Numbered from the stretch's first letter, positions 24,024 to 36,358 are shown. The stretch is 64,000 nucleotides of DNA from Carcharhinus amblyrhynchos (GCA_965287045.1 OZ336874.1:77004001-77068000); one strand, 5' to 3'. The notes: generated from the letters alone by a model not told the origin. A program made the numbers and translations.

Positions 24024-24875
24024 GGGTGTGATTCTCTGGGCCTGGGGAAGGGCCATAGTGTGCTTAGTGTTGGGGAGATTCTCCTTGCTCACACAACCTG
24101 ATGTATCAGATTCATGCCCAGCGAGGGCATGAAGCAGATTAGCGTATTTGAATCCTCACTTAAATATTCTCAGTTGGTTTTAAGTCAGATTCTTCCTGTT
24201 CCCAGGATTCTCTGACCCTCAAGGACAGTAGGAACCTGGTGTGAATCACGACTAGCTTTCAAAAATGGAAACCAGTTGAGGTGGCCATGTCAGGGAGCTC
24301 AGAAGCCACTAATGCCCCATGGGTAGTTAGGGAAATGGCTGGGTAGAACTCTAGCACTGCTCCTGGAACCCTAGCAATGCCAGCCAGATTGGCACTTCCA
24401 GGTTGGCATTGCTAGGTTGCCTGGGTGGCACTGGCAAGGTGTGGGGCCTGGAGGGGGCATGGGGGATGGGGATGGGGGCCTTGCTCTTGCCTCGATGTTA
24501 GAAGAAGGGAATGTGTGTGACAGGTGGGGGACGGACAGAAGAGGGTGGAGTGGTTGGTGTCTGACCCCAGACAATTAGTGATGTGGGGGAAGGGGTGGAG
24601 AATGTACTTCTAGGGTGTACTTCTAATGTTCCCATGTCTGTGGAGAGGTTGTGCTGTCAATGGGGGCGGGTAGTGGGTCCTTCAACATAACTTTGAGATC
24701 AAGGCGCCCACTCTGAGGAACTGGGCTTGCTGGCGTCTTTGGGTATCCGTTTCCAAAAATATTATAAAATGCAAGTGTTCAGTGTGAATCACCCCAGGCT
24801 CAATAGCAGTTTGTCAATTCTGAACAACTCTTACATGCTGTGTGTCTGACCACACTCTGGGGAGAACTCCTGCCC
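24024..24875. mobile_element. Long Harbinger-like non-autonomous element
   Basis: Ends GGGTGTGATTCTCTGG / TGGGGAGAACTCCTGCCC; flanks TAT/TAC; G-rich interior. Confidence 0.55.
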
Positions 24876-24961
24876 TACCAGCACATCCCTTATGTACCCG
24901 TGTCATTGCAGTGTGTACATGACCACCAGATCTACACAATTAGCTTGATTTTAAAGATTTT

Positions 24962-25091
24962 GGCTGAAATTTTCAAACCTCGTTCTGGTTTCTCCAGTCC
25001 CGCTGAAGTGAATCAAGGTTTGGCTGAGTGCCAAATTCTCCATTCCCATTGGCAGCAGTTGCGGGGCGTGTGAGACCTGAGAACTCTGGCC
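24962..25091. mobile_element. Harbinger-like MITE, same family as 21827-21959
   Basis: GGCTGAAATTTTC..GTCCCGCTGAAGTGAA..GGTTTGGCTGAGTGCCAAATTCTCC..GAGAACTCTGGCC. Confidence 0.75.
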
Positions 25092-25757
25092 TTCATTTTT
25101 GTCTGGTGCTTTAAATTTTCCTTTTAAAATATTAATCAAAAACATTCAGATGCAATTAATGTATTGATTAGTGTATTTCTCCCTTTCTCGCTCCTTTATG
25201 TAAATATAAGTATCCTGGGACACTGCCATCAAAAATTGTTTTGAAGAGCAACTTAAGCGCTTTCAAACTTTAAACTGAGCCTTGCCCAAAATACACACCC
25301 TTTGCACAGCTGCTTTTTCACACTAACATGTTTCCAAGCTTGAAATCTGGGTTTGGATTAGTGCAGGATCTTGCTTCATTCACCATGTGTCTGTGCCAAC
25401 AATTACGTGAAACCTTGCCTTGAGCATTTAACTTGCTGCTGTTGCTTCATCTTGTGGTTCCTGTGATATTAGATTTCTCTGATTTGCCATTTTCTGAACA
25501 TTTACTGTGTTAAGGTAAGAAAATCCCTTTCACTCATTTTGCTTTCAAGCCCAGTGAATACAGAAATCTTTCGAGCTAAAGCAGAAGAAAAAGAACCATT
25601 TTGCAATTCTAATGAGTGTTTACAATGTTGCAAGTCACATTTTAACTTCAGCTGGGAGGTTTGCATTTATTGTCGATCTAATTAAAACAGCAATAATGGA
25701 AGATAAATTAATCTAGATGCATGGAGCCCTAAGTCCTGCTGAGGTGTTGTTGTGGAA

Positions 25758-26175
25758 TGTATAGTAGGAAGCAGGATGTGGAATTTGATGATCAGCCATT
25801 ATCAAATGATGTGGCGATGCTGGTGTTGGACTGGGATGGGCACAGTAAGAAATCTCTCAACACCAGGTTAAAGTCTAACAGATTTAGAATCCTTCATCAG
25901 GTGAGTGGAGAGGTTAGTTCACAAACATAGCATATATAGAGAGAGACATTTTCTCTGCAAGATGATATATAGACATTATCTTGCAATTGTGTCTCTGTCT
26001 ATATATGCTGTTTTTGGGAACCCACCTCTCCACTCACCTAATGAAGGAGCAGCGTTCCAAAAGCTCATGATTCCAAATAAACCTGTTGGACTTTAACTGG
26101 TGTTGTGAGACTTCTTACTGTGATGAAGAATGGCGGAGCAGCTCAAAGAGCCGAATGGCCGCCTCCATGTTATTT
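25758..26175 (+). mobile_element. CR1 3' UTR fragment split by a Penelope-like insertion
   Basis: GCAGGATGTGGAATTTGATGATCAGCCAT before 25808 and GAATGGCGGAGCAGCTCAAAGAGCCGAATGGCC after 26123 rejoin into one CR1 tail. Confidence 0.7.
25809..26122. mobile_element. Penelope-like element (family A): inverted pseudo-LTR pair with decayed hammerhead ribozyme
   Basis: 25841-25950 and 25990-26122 are inverted arms; CTAATGA-AGGAGC-AGC-GTTCC-AAAAGCTC at 26038-26066; TCATCAG 25894-25900; AATAAA downstream; 32-nt unpaired tail 25809-25840. Confidence 0.75.
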
Positions 26176-27907
26176 AAATAAAATGTGCGTGTGTACTATA
26201 TAGTATTTGAGTCTGACTTTTATCAAAAGGTGACGAAAAATTACTTCCACTATAAACATGTTGTAAAAGAGGAAAAAAAAATAGACTGGTTATTCATCCA
26301 GAGATTGAATAGTTTCTTTGCTGCTAGTGCTTGGTTCACTAAACTAACTGGGAACTGAAGGGACTCAGCCAACCCAGGCGAACAGATCTGTGCAACAAGC
26401 AGTGAGCTCCTTTTGGGAGATGAACACTGGCGTGAGTGTGCTGCTTGATGATTTCCAAATTGGTCCAATAAGTGAACAACATGGCCTCATCTGTAATGTC
26501 TGATTTGAAGTTGAAAACATTATGTTCCAAGCAGCAGTTTCTTCTCTCAGCACTGCTGCTGTGGAGATTTGTGCTGATGGGGACAAAGTCCACAGCTCCT
26601 CTATTGCTGTACTTAATTTTCCATGATATGTTCTCATAAGGGGAAAAGATTTATTGCAGCATCTGTACACTTGGTATGAAGTATAAAGTAGGATGTTACA
26701 CTTCAGGGTACTTATATCAACCTGGACAAACCTTGCATTTGTCGATCATACAAAATAATGTTTGAAAGCAAGACTTGAATGAAAGCAAAAATATTCATGA
26801 AATAAATGTGGAGAAAGTGAATATTGCTTTTGGCTATTTTAAACCTTGTGCAAATTTAATTTTACAGTACTAGCCTTCATCTTAAAGAAACTGTTCATCA
26901 ATATGCAGAAGCACAAGCTATCAAGTATTCTTCTGCATGCATGCATCAAAATGAGACATTATACAAAAGCATTTTGAAGAAGCAGATGACCAGATATCAA
27001 ACAAATAGAATTTATCAAGGTTACAAACAAACTTAATGAATGAATCCCATTTTTGGGGTTAAATTGAATGAAGAAGGAAGTGATCTACATAGAATTCTGA
27101 CTCACTGCAATCACACATTTGACGGTAAGTGAGCTCATAGCTACAAGCCTAGAAAAGATCAGACCTGTGAACATTGGGAAATGGACATCTGGAGATGTTG
27201 ATTTTCACCCTCTTCATAAATGATGAAAACTACATCGATTGCGACCCTAATTGACGTGCAGAGGGATTTGATCCCAAAACATTTCGCACAAAAAGTGTTG
27301 AAAATTTGATTTGGCTTTCTTTCATTCTTGTAAATTTCTCCAAATCAATTTTAAGCATGAAGTTGTGAGGCTTAGTGGCTCTATTGTGAAGAATACTGAA
27401 TACTTGTTGAGAGGAATTAAATTTCACTCTATTTTTAATTAACTTTGGGGTTTCAGTTTCCTTAGAGTGAGACTTAGTGAGGTTGCTGCAGTTGAAGTGT
27501 TAGAAGTTGAGCAGTATCTTCAGGGTTGGGTTGGGATTTAAGTTGATTTCTTGCACTGCTGAAGGTCAAATAAGAAGCAGCATCAATGCTAATCAAAATG
27601 TTTTGTGCTCTCAAGTTCCTGGCATGAATGTGGAAGCTAGCATAGGAGGAAAAGGGAGAGGCTGGAAATAGTAGCAGAGTTTAGAACATTAACTTGATAT
27701 CTGCTTAAATCTAATCCTTGGAAATGTTAGGTAGTTGCAAGATATGATTATTCTTGATTTCCAATTCTAAGATGTATGTTTTCTAGTTTTGATCTATTGC
27801 TAGAAGTTTTAAGTAAAAAAAAGTTGTTAATTAACTTGAGAGTTGATGGATGATTTTGTTAAGTCGTTACAAAGTCCTGAGATGCCAATGCCTTCCCGCC
27901 CAGAATT

Positions 27908-28205
27908 GAACGAGTTTTGCTGCAACAAAAACAAAGCGCTGGAAAATCTTAGCGGGTCTGACAGCATCTGTGGGTACAGAGTAGAGCCAATGTTTCGAGT
28001 CTGGATGACCCAGTTCTTTTCTCAGCTTCATCCTCCCCCCTTTGGTACTGTGAGGTCTGCTGCTGTGTGAGGACAAAATCAGAACTATGAACAATATAGG
28101 AACCCAAATTGTGATATTATGATAAGAGGTAGCAGACTGAGAGTTAGCATTTTTAACCATCATATAAAAGCTTCAAAAATGTGTACATTTGTGCTATGGG
28201 GCTGG
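27908..28205 (+). repeat. Direct repeat copy 1 (~297 bp): Penelope-like family B arm plus ~190 bp unique sequence
   Basis: About 10 differences from 29286-29582 by manual alignment. Confidence 0.95.
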
Positions 28206-28238
28206 CAAATGTGCAATGGGAATGACAAAAGCCTCTTT

Positions 28239-28572
28239 AGACCCTATGACCATAAAATATAGGAGTAGAATTAGGCCATTAGGCCCAGTGAGTCTGCTCT
28301 ATCATTCAATCATGACTGATTAGTTTCTCAACCTGTTCTGCCTTTTCCCTGTAATCTCTGATCCCCTTGTTAATCAAGAATCCATCTCTGTCTTTAATAT
28401 ACTCAATGACCTAGCCACCTCAACCTCCTGTGACAATGAATTCCATAGATCCATCACCTCCGGCTGAAGAAATTCCTTCTCATCTCTGTTAAGGGTCGTC
28501 CCTTTATTCTGAGGCTGCGCCCTCGGATCCTAGTCTGGCTGAGTAATGGAAGCATCTTTCCCATGTCCACTT
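28239..28572 (-). mobile_element. CR1 LINE 3' end
   Basis: GACCATAAAATATAGGAGTAGAATTAGGCCATT tail, AATGAATTCCATAGATCCATCACC, CCTTTATTCTGAGGCTGCGCCCTCGGATCCTAG (encodes RIRGRSLRIKG on minus). Confidence 0.88.
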
Positions 28573-29285
28573 GATTTTTATTATTACACAGCAAATCAGC
28601 TGCATCAGGGTGCTGTGTCTGAGCAACGACCATTCATCAACATCCAGGTGTCTAGTCTAGCTTCACCAGCTAATGTGGTGATCTCATTAAAAATAAATAC
28701 TTTAAAGATTTTGTGGTGGAGCCTTAAAACAATGAAACGCTTGAGGTTCAAAGCTATAAGCTTGCTGGACATTTTTGAGCATATCATACTTGGACAGAGG
28801 AACCCTTAAACGTAAGGGAACATAGGTATGCTGTCATGTTAACATTGCAGCAGTGGCCAGTTTCTTGCATACTTACCAGGAGAACTCATCATTGACAGCT
28901 AGGAACAGACTTTGCAAGAACTATTCGTTCCAAGAGCGTGATGCACATGGGGTTGCATAAATATTTCAGTTGAAGAGGACAGTCTGTCTTTGTAATCTAA
29001 ATAGTTTTGTATTGAGCAACAGCTGGGCTTTATCTCCAGGTACCATCCCACTGCATCTGTCTTTGTTTTCCTGTAAAGTTTGTTGTGCCATCATTCAGGC
29101 GAAAAGCAATTGGAGGAAATGATGGTGATATTCCAAAGCTTACCACGTGTTAGTATTTTTCTCTTACTGCCCCTTCCCACTGACCCCTGTGTCCTTCATC
29201 TGGAAGAGTACAACAGCCAGATTGGAAACTGTACCATATTCTGCCCAGCTGTATGTAGCTTCTCAGGAAATGTGTGTACCTGAAG

Positions 29286-29582
29286 GAACAAGTTTTGCTG
29301 CAACAAAAACAAAGCACTGGAAAATCTCAGCGGGTCTGACAGCATCTGTGGGTACAGAATAGAGCCAATGTTTCGAGTCTGGGTGACCCAGTTCTTTTCT
29401 CAGCTTCATCCTCCCCACTTTGGTACTGTGAGGTCTGCTGCTGTGTGAGGACAAAATCAGAACTATGAACAATATAGGAACCCAAATTGTGATATTATGA
29501 TAAGAGATAGCAGACTGAGAGTTAGCATTTTTATCATCATATAAGAGCTTCAAAAATGTGTACATTTGTGCTATGGGGCTGG
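29286..29582 (+). repeat. Direct repeat copy 2 (~297 bp)
   Basis: Near-identical to 27908-28205; ORFs 27867-28163 and 29263-29565 share the same peptide. Confidence 0.95.
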
Positions 29583-29715
29583 AGTTATTTCTTCCAGCAC
29601 ATTGCTTTTGAAGGTGAAAAAGAATATCACCTCAAGTACTAGATAGTTTCAGAAAGTAAACCTGTATTTATAAAGCCTCTTAAAACATCCTAAAATGATT
29701 TCCAGTTAATGATGC

Positions 29716-29875
29716 ATTTTGAAGTGTAGCCACTGTTGTGATTTGGGAGATGCAGCAACAAAGTTATGCACAGTAAGCTCCCAGAAACAATCTGATAATC
29801 CAATAGACTTTAGTGATGTTGGTTGAGGATGAATAACAGCCAAATCATTAGGAAAGTTTCTTTGCTGTTCTACTG
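29716..29875 (-). mobile_element. DeuSINE (SacSINE1-like) fragment
   Basis: TTTTGAAGTGTAGCCACTGTTGT..GCACAGTAAGCTCCCA..TAGTGATGTTGGTTGAGG. Confidence 0.7.
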
Positions 29876-29886
29876 AACCATATCGA

Positions 29887-31514
29887 ATAGAATCCCTACA
29901 GTGTAGAAGGAGGCCACTTGGCCCATCAGCTCGCTGACAGAGTATTTTATCCAAAATCACCCCTCCCCCTCCCTATCCCTGTAATCCCATATATTTACCC
30001 TCCTAATTCCCTAACCTACACATTTTTAGACGCGAAGGGGCAATTTAGCATGGCTAATCCACCTAACCTGCACATCTTTGGACAGAGGAAACCAGAGTAC
30101 TCAGAGGAAACCCATGCAGATGTAGAGAGAATGTGCAGAATTGAACCTGGGTCCCTGGCGTTGTGAGAACATAAGAACTATGAGCAGGAGTAGGCCATCT
30201 GGCCCTCCAGCCTGCTCCGCCATTCAGTAAGATCATGGCTGATCTTTTTGTGGACTCAGCTCCACTTACCCACTGGCCCACCATAACCCTTAATGCCTTT
30301 ACTGTTCAAAAATTTATCTATTCTTGCTTTAAAAACATTCAACGAGGTAGCCTCAACTGCTTCACTGGGCAGGGAATTCCACAGATTCAGAATCCTTTGC
30401 GTGAAGAAGTTTTTCCTCAACTCAGTCCGAAATCTGTTCCCCCTTATTTTGAGGCTATGCCCCCTAGTTCTAATTTCAGCCACCAATGGAAACTTCCCTG
30501 CTTCTATCTTACCTATTCCCTTCATAATCTTATGTTTCTATAAGATCTCCCCTCATTCTTCTGAATTCCAATGAGTATAGCCCCAGGCTACTCAGTCTCT
30601 CCTCATAAGCCAACCCTCTCAATTCCGGAATCAACCTAGTGAATCTCCACTGCACCCCCGCCAGTACCAGTATATCCTTTCTCAAGTAAAGAGACCAAAA
30701 CTGTACACAGTACTCCAGGTGTGGCCTCCCCAGCACCTTAAACAACTGCAGCATAATCTCGCTTTTTTAAAAACCCATCCCGCTAGCAATGAAGGACAAA
30801 ATTCCATTTGCCTTTTTAATTAGCTGCTGCACCTGCAATCCTTGAGACTTCTGTACAAGGTTACCAGGTCCCTCTGCACAGCAGCATACTGCAATTTTTA
30901 GCCATTTAAATAATCCACTTTGCTGGTATTCCTACCAAAATGACCTCACGTTTACCAACATTGTACTCCATCCGCCGGGCTCACGCCCACTCATTTAGAC
31001 TATCTGTATCTTTTTGCAGTCTTTGTGTCCTGTGCACACTTTGCTGTTCCACCCATCTTAGTGTCACCTGAGAATTTTGACACACTAAACTTGGTTCCCA
31101 ATTCCAAATCATCTATGTAAATTGTAAACAATTGCGGTCCCAACATTGATTCCTGAGGCACACCATCAGTCACTGATCGCCAACCAGAAAAACACCCATT
31201 TACCCCCACTCTTTGCTTTCTGTTAGTTTACCAATCCTTCCATCTATGCTAATACATTACCCATAACACTGTGCACCTTTATCTTATGTAGCAGTCTTTG
31301 GTGTGGCATTTTGTCAAATGCCTTCTGGAAATCCAGATACACCACATCCACAGGTTCCCCATTGTCCACTGCACATGTAACATTCTCAAAGAATTCCACC
31401 AAATTACTCAAACATGACCTGCCCTTCATGAACCCATGCTGCGTCTTACCAGTGGGACAATTTATATTCAGATGTCTCGCAGATGAGGTAGCAGTGCTTG
31501 CAACTGTGCTGCCC
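29887..31514 (-). mobile_element. HE1-like V-SINE, tail A, split by CR1 (parts 29887-30167 and 31484-31514)
   Basis: GGGTCCCTGGCGTTGTGAG and TGAGGTAGCAGTGCTTGCAACTGTGCTGCCC rejoin into the tRNA head. Confidence 0.85.
30168..31481 (-). mobile_element. CR1 (HER1-like) LINE, 5'-truncated, frameshifted RT
   Basis: QHGFMKGRSCLSNLVEFFE..DVVYLDFQKAFDKMPHQRLL; GVPQESMLGPQLFTIYIDDL..SKFSGDTK; RPHLEYCVQFWS; RTRGHSLKIRG; tail ACATAAGAAC. Confidence 0.95.
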
Positions 31515-33557
31515 ATGGGATTTGATTTGCATTCACCTAGATAACAAGGCTTTGGTTTATTCCCTTATCCAAAACAAAAGGCCACCAGACATGCAGCACA
31601 TCCTCAATTGCATTAAATTGCCTGTTCTGCATTCGCACATGAATCCACAAGTTTTTTTATTCAGAGGCAGGGTTGCTTCTATTGAGCCAAGCCTGATGCT
31701 CCAAATATTTGCATTAATGGGAAAAGAACAACGACCTACATCTCTATTGTGGTCTCCCATTCTGGAGCCTCAATTTCAAATGCCAATTTTGAAAATTATT
31801 AGAATTGGCTTCCAATGTGGAAAGCTTTAAATGTGCTTGCAAGTCGCAACCCCACCCCAAATTAAATCCAGATATGCAGTCGTTATTCTGCAATGTTTAT
31901 GGCAAACCACAAATTGTGTAGAATGTGACAGATGCTGCCAAAATAAAATGTCAAATCCACAAAAAATTCTGAGGTAACTGTCATTTTAGGAGCACAAGAA
32001 AGGAAAAATAATTGGCATGGGACATCGACAATACATACCCCTCCCTCTTTGTTCCATTGCTTTAATTGATTGCCTCTTTATTCCATGGATGTTTCATTTG
32101 TTTTTTACTTATTGCCAGGATGTCAGATGACTTGCCATTAGCTGGATAACTTTATGATTGTGAAATTTCCATTCTGAAGTAGGCAAAGAAACAAAATAAA
32201 ACCTCACAAGAGAGTTGGATCTTTCAGTATGGAACACCATGGCTCCCCTTAACCTGTCTGGGACCATTTTGACTTTGCTCCAATGAATATTCCATTATTA
32301 TCTGACCTCTTGCCAAGTTCTTGGGTTGTCCATCAAAATGTTTTCATGCGGCTGTTTTTTGTTTGTTGCAGGGTGCAGTGCTGGAGTGGCTGTGCCCATG
32401 AGAAGCTCTGCATAATACTGCATTAAATGAGGGCCATACTTAAGCTGCTATCTGAGAGTTTGTCCTTTGTTTTTTAGAAAAAGGTCTCTAGTGAACACAT
32501 TTTTTTTCATTATTATCTTGGGACTTCCTCACATCTTTTCCTTTGGCTCAACTCCGTGGAACTGTCTCTTGTTCTAAAAAGTGACCTTTACGTTCTCTGT
32601 TTTCTTAGAACTGTGATACAGCTCAGCCTAGAGGTTTTATGTGGGGGAATGTGTGGTTGGAATCCATTACAAAGAAAAGTAAGTGAGGAAATATTTGTGA
32701 ACAATTTGGAGGAGGTCACTCGCATAACTGCTGATACCAAATGACTACCCACTATTTTCCAATCGGAACTTTGGCCGTGAACACAATCCATTATTTCTCT
32801 GTTGTCACAAAGGAATATCTCAATGCACCATGGCCTTTCAGAAGTAATGAGATTTTAAAGTTAGTTTTTGTAAAGAGAGTTCTGAACATGCATTGTGTTT
32901 GAAACATGCCAGGTTAGCTTCTGAAGCTCAATGTCCAAAGCTGTACATTGTTCTTGGTGTTGCATTGATAACAAGAGGAATGTGTTTGATCTGTACCTCC
33001 TAAAATCAGTTGGTTTCATAGACTTGCATGTTCTCAGAAGCTATCCAGAAAGTGTGAATGCGTGTAAATCCATTTAACCCTTAAATCACTGTGACCTCCT
33101 CTATTTACTACTTTGCTTCAAGCTGCATTTGGCACTGGATACATTATTGTGCTTGTAACTCCAGCTTGTCTAACCCTGGGTATCTCACCAGTGTTGTGAT
33201 GGAAAAAGAAACCCTGGAATTATACATGGGAAAAATTGCACTTTTTAAAAGACCTGAGTATACTTTCAAAAAGTACACAGATCTCAAAGGTTGCTGAGAA
33301 TGTACAAGGAATAACTGCAAGGTTTTTAAGGAACAATGGAACCTCTCTGCGGTTCCAAGCGAAGTAATTCTAAAAGAACCCAAAGACTGATGACCATCTC
33401 TGGCAAAGACGAAGGGACATAACTTATTTCATCTATCTTATTTCATCCTGAGATCATGGGTACAATTGTTTACATTGACTAGTGGACTCCAGTTTAAATA
33501 CACAAAAATGGGGATTAAATGCTAGCTGAAAGATTTGTCTAGAACAAAGAAGAAAAT

Positions 33558-33920
33558 ATTTATTTTGTTCATTCTTGGGACATGGGTAGTGCTGGCTGGC
33601 CAGAATTTATTGCCCGTCCCTAGTTGCCCTTATCCAGAGGGCAGTTGAGAGTCAAACCAAGTTGCTGTGGCTCTGGACTCACAGAAAGGCCAGACCAGGT
33701 AAGGACAGCAGATTTCCTCCCCTAAAGGACATGAGTAAGTTAGGTGGGTTTTTCTGGTAATCAGCAATTGTTTCATGGTCATTAGTAGCTTCTTAATTTT
33801 AGATTCTTTTTATTGAATTCAAATTCTACCACCTCCCGTGGTGAGATTCGAACCCAGGTCCCCAGAACATTAGCTGAGTTCCTGGATTAATAGTCTAGTG
33901 ATAATTCCACTAGGCCATCA
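33558..33920 (-). mobile_element. tRNA-derived SINE, second family, near full length
   Basis: B box GAGATTCGAACCC, head CCACTAGGCCATC, body CCCTAAAGGACA..GTTTCATGGTCA, tail TTCATTCTTGGGACATGGG..GCTGGC; homologs at 55117-55722 and 62259-62546. Confidence 0.85.
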
Positions 33921-34339
33921 TCTGTCTGTCATCTGTGTATGGAAAAACAACTGGAAGTTTGCCACACATTGAAGATGATGCAGGAACGAAGGCAAGGCCC
34001 CTGAAAAATTACCAGCTTTTGCAGGGACATATAAAACTGACGCTCAGTGTGAAAATTGATCAACCAACAGAAGGATTGTTGTGAAGGGGGGTGGTGGGGG
34101 GAACTGAAATCTCCCTACTGAACTACAGAATATCTGAACCTGGAATCAACTTGTATCGTCTACAATGTGTCATCACCTGGTCCTTGCATGTGAAGGACCA
34201 TTCCATGCAATTCTTTATTTGTGTTTCCTTACTATTGGACTCAAATCTTACTTCTAATCCGTATGAGTGTATGAACGTGTATTTTACCATTTCTCCTAGT
34301 CTTTTTAGTTGTTAATAAATTTACTGTGGTTAAATTGAT

Positions 34340-34411
34340 TGAATTCGTGATGAATGGCAGAGCAGGCTTAAAAGGCCAAATAGCCACCTCCTACTCCTAT
34401 CTTTTATGTTT
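34340..34411 (+). mobile_element. CR1 3' tail fragment
   Basis: TGAATGGCAGAGCAGGCTTAAAAGGCCAAATAGCC..CTCCTATCTTTTATGTT. Confidence 0.75.
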
Positions 34412-34458
34412 GAATTAAATTGGCTCTTTTTTAAACATAACTGTTGGTCTGGAAAATG

Positions 34459-34493
34459 GAAATGAAAAACGTGGTGTTGTGAGACTTCTTACT
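34459..34493 (+). mobile_element. Minimal Penelope-like family A 3' footprint
   Basis: TGGTGTTGTGAGACTTCTTACTGT identical to 26098-26121; flanked by 12-bp direct repeat GTCTGGAAAATG. Confidence 0.7.
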
Positions 34494-34786
34494 GTCTGGA
34501 AAATGCCCAGGGAAAAAGAATCTTGCTAGATTAAACCTTTATTGCTACCAGCAGAGAATGGGTTGAGTGAAGTCAGGGTGCCGGTCATCCCTGAATTTGT
34601 ACAACTATTCCAGATCAACTTTTGGGGAAACTGACCTGGGGCTGATCTGAACACCAGTCGTCAGACAATTTACATAATTTTAACTGCAGCTAGCTAATAA
34701 CCTCAATAACTGGAGTGGTGGTTTGAGTCAGGAAATTCCCTGATTTTGGCAGATTCTATGAGATTTTAAAAGGCCTATAATGCATA

Positions 34787-34911
34787 GTTTGGAATTTTAC
34801 CGCCCCACCTGTCACGGGAATCGGAGCAGGTGAGAGGCAGAACATGGAAAGGTACATTGACCTCGCAGAATTTTACAGTTTTGGGACAAGTGAGGCTGTA
34901 AAACCCTGTCC
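34787..34911. mobile_element. Harbinger-like MITE (second subfamily)
   Basis: GTTTGGAATTTTACCGCC / GGCTGTAAAACCCTGTCC ends; ATA on both sides. Confidence 0.6.
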
Positions 34912-35384
34912 ATAATCTTTGTTACAGGTAGGTGGCCTGCGGGTGGGGGGAGGGGGTGGTGCCAGAAAGAGAGTAGTTACTCACAACTTACTCATTCCAG
35001 AAGCAGATTTGTCTACAGCCATGTGGGTTGATGGGCGTCTAAGTGGGCTGATTCTCTGGGACTTTGTCTCAGCTCTATGAAAGCATTAGGCCTTTCCCTA
35101 GTGGGGATTTGTTCATGATTGCACCCTGATGGTGATTTTCACAAGCTAGTCTTCATGGGAAGCATCACAAGTGATTATGCATTTTTACGAGAGATAACAA
35201 TTAGCAGCGAGAGGCCCAGCTCACTTCCGTCCCCCCCCCCTTCAATTAATTTACAACAAATCAGGAATGTCACTAAAGCCATATGTCTGTATGGCTGAAA
35301 TTTGCACTGAATTGTAAGGGAAGTGAAAGACATTGGGCTGAATTTTATGTGCCCCTGGAGAACATGTTTCCCATAGAGGCACAT

Positions 35385-35592
35385 AAAATAGGGTGGTCAA
35401 CTCAACCCCATAACATGGGGGAGGGGGGGGTGGGTGAGGAGTGGCGCAGGTGGGTGCCAAAATCTCAGGCAAGGAGTAAGATTGGGATGGGCCTTGAGTA
35501 GCCTGTGCCTGTATAGGAATTGAACCCATGTTGTTGGCAACACACTGCATCATGATCCAACTGCGCAGTCAATTGGGTTAACTGAGCTGGGG
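35385..35592 (-). mobile_element. Short tRNA-derived SINE, degraded (family of 61731-61925)
   Basis: GGAATTGAACCCATGTTGTTGGCAACACACTGCAT shared with about 61858-61893. Confidence 0.6.
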
Positions 35593-36358
35593 GAGAAAAA
35601 AAACATAGTTATATAGCTTTAAAAAGATAGCCAATTGTTGGCCACTTTTAATTGTCCTTCAGGAATCCCACATCTCTGGGATCTAATTTCAAATTCTGTG
35701 GAGACGAACATAAGTGGTTTGGATATTCCAGTGCCATTCATAGTTTATGCCGTGTCAGAAAAGTATTCTCATGACTACACAGTTGAATGAATTAAGAACA
35801 GGATTGTTATCAGAAATAGTATGGAGGTGGTCAAGGGCGTTATTGGCTTCAAAAGAATTTACAAAGGAAATGTTTTACACCTTATTCTTTATCACTAGGA
35901 TTATTTTACAAACTGGAAAAATATTTGTGAAGGGAAAATACATTCCAATCTCTTTGCAGAGTTGGAAACAGTTTTGGTAACGTATGGCAAACTTTTTCTA
36001 AAGGTATCTGTACAGAAATCCTTGTGATGATGCTACTGCATTAGAATGTTAAAAATATTGGTAGAGTTGTTTGATAAATATGGGTAAAGTTTTAAAAACT
36101 ATTTTCAAGTTGTTGCGAAGAGATTCTTGATATGTTACAATACAGTTGTTGTCCTTAAACTATCATTCTTGAGAATAATACCAACCCACGCCAGACACAG
36201 AAGAATCTAACCAGCAGCATTGAAAACTCTGCATATTTAAAGAGGTGAGGGAAATGGCACTGGAAAGAAATATACAACTCCATATAGTGTGGCAGCTCTA
36301 GTAAATTACTTGGAAAAAATTATGAAAATTGATAATACTTATAAGTGTAATGAAGAAT

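Larger units (their letters stand above)
33193..34603 (+). mobile_element. Possible long solo LTR, interrupted by SINE, CR1 tail and Penelope-like footprint
   Basis: Starts TGTTGTG, TATAAAA near 34030, AATAAA near 34314, ends TGTACA; no clear TSD. Confidence 0.3.

Noticed and set aside
28869-28900. ATACTTACCAGG as a U1 snRNA 5' end, or a 22-nt minus-strand micro-exon with perfect GTAAGTAT donor
   Set aside because: The U1 match ends after ~12 nt; the exon is not frame-preserving and has no partner exons.
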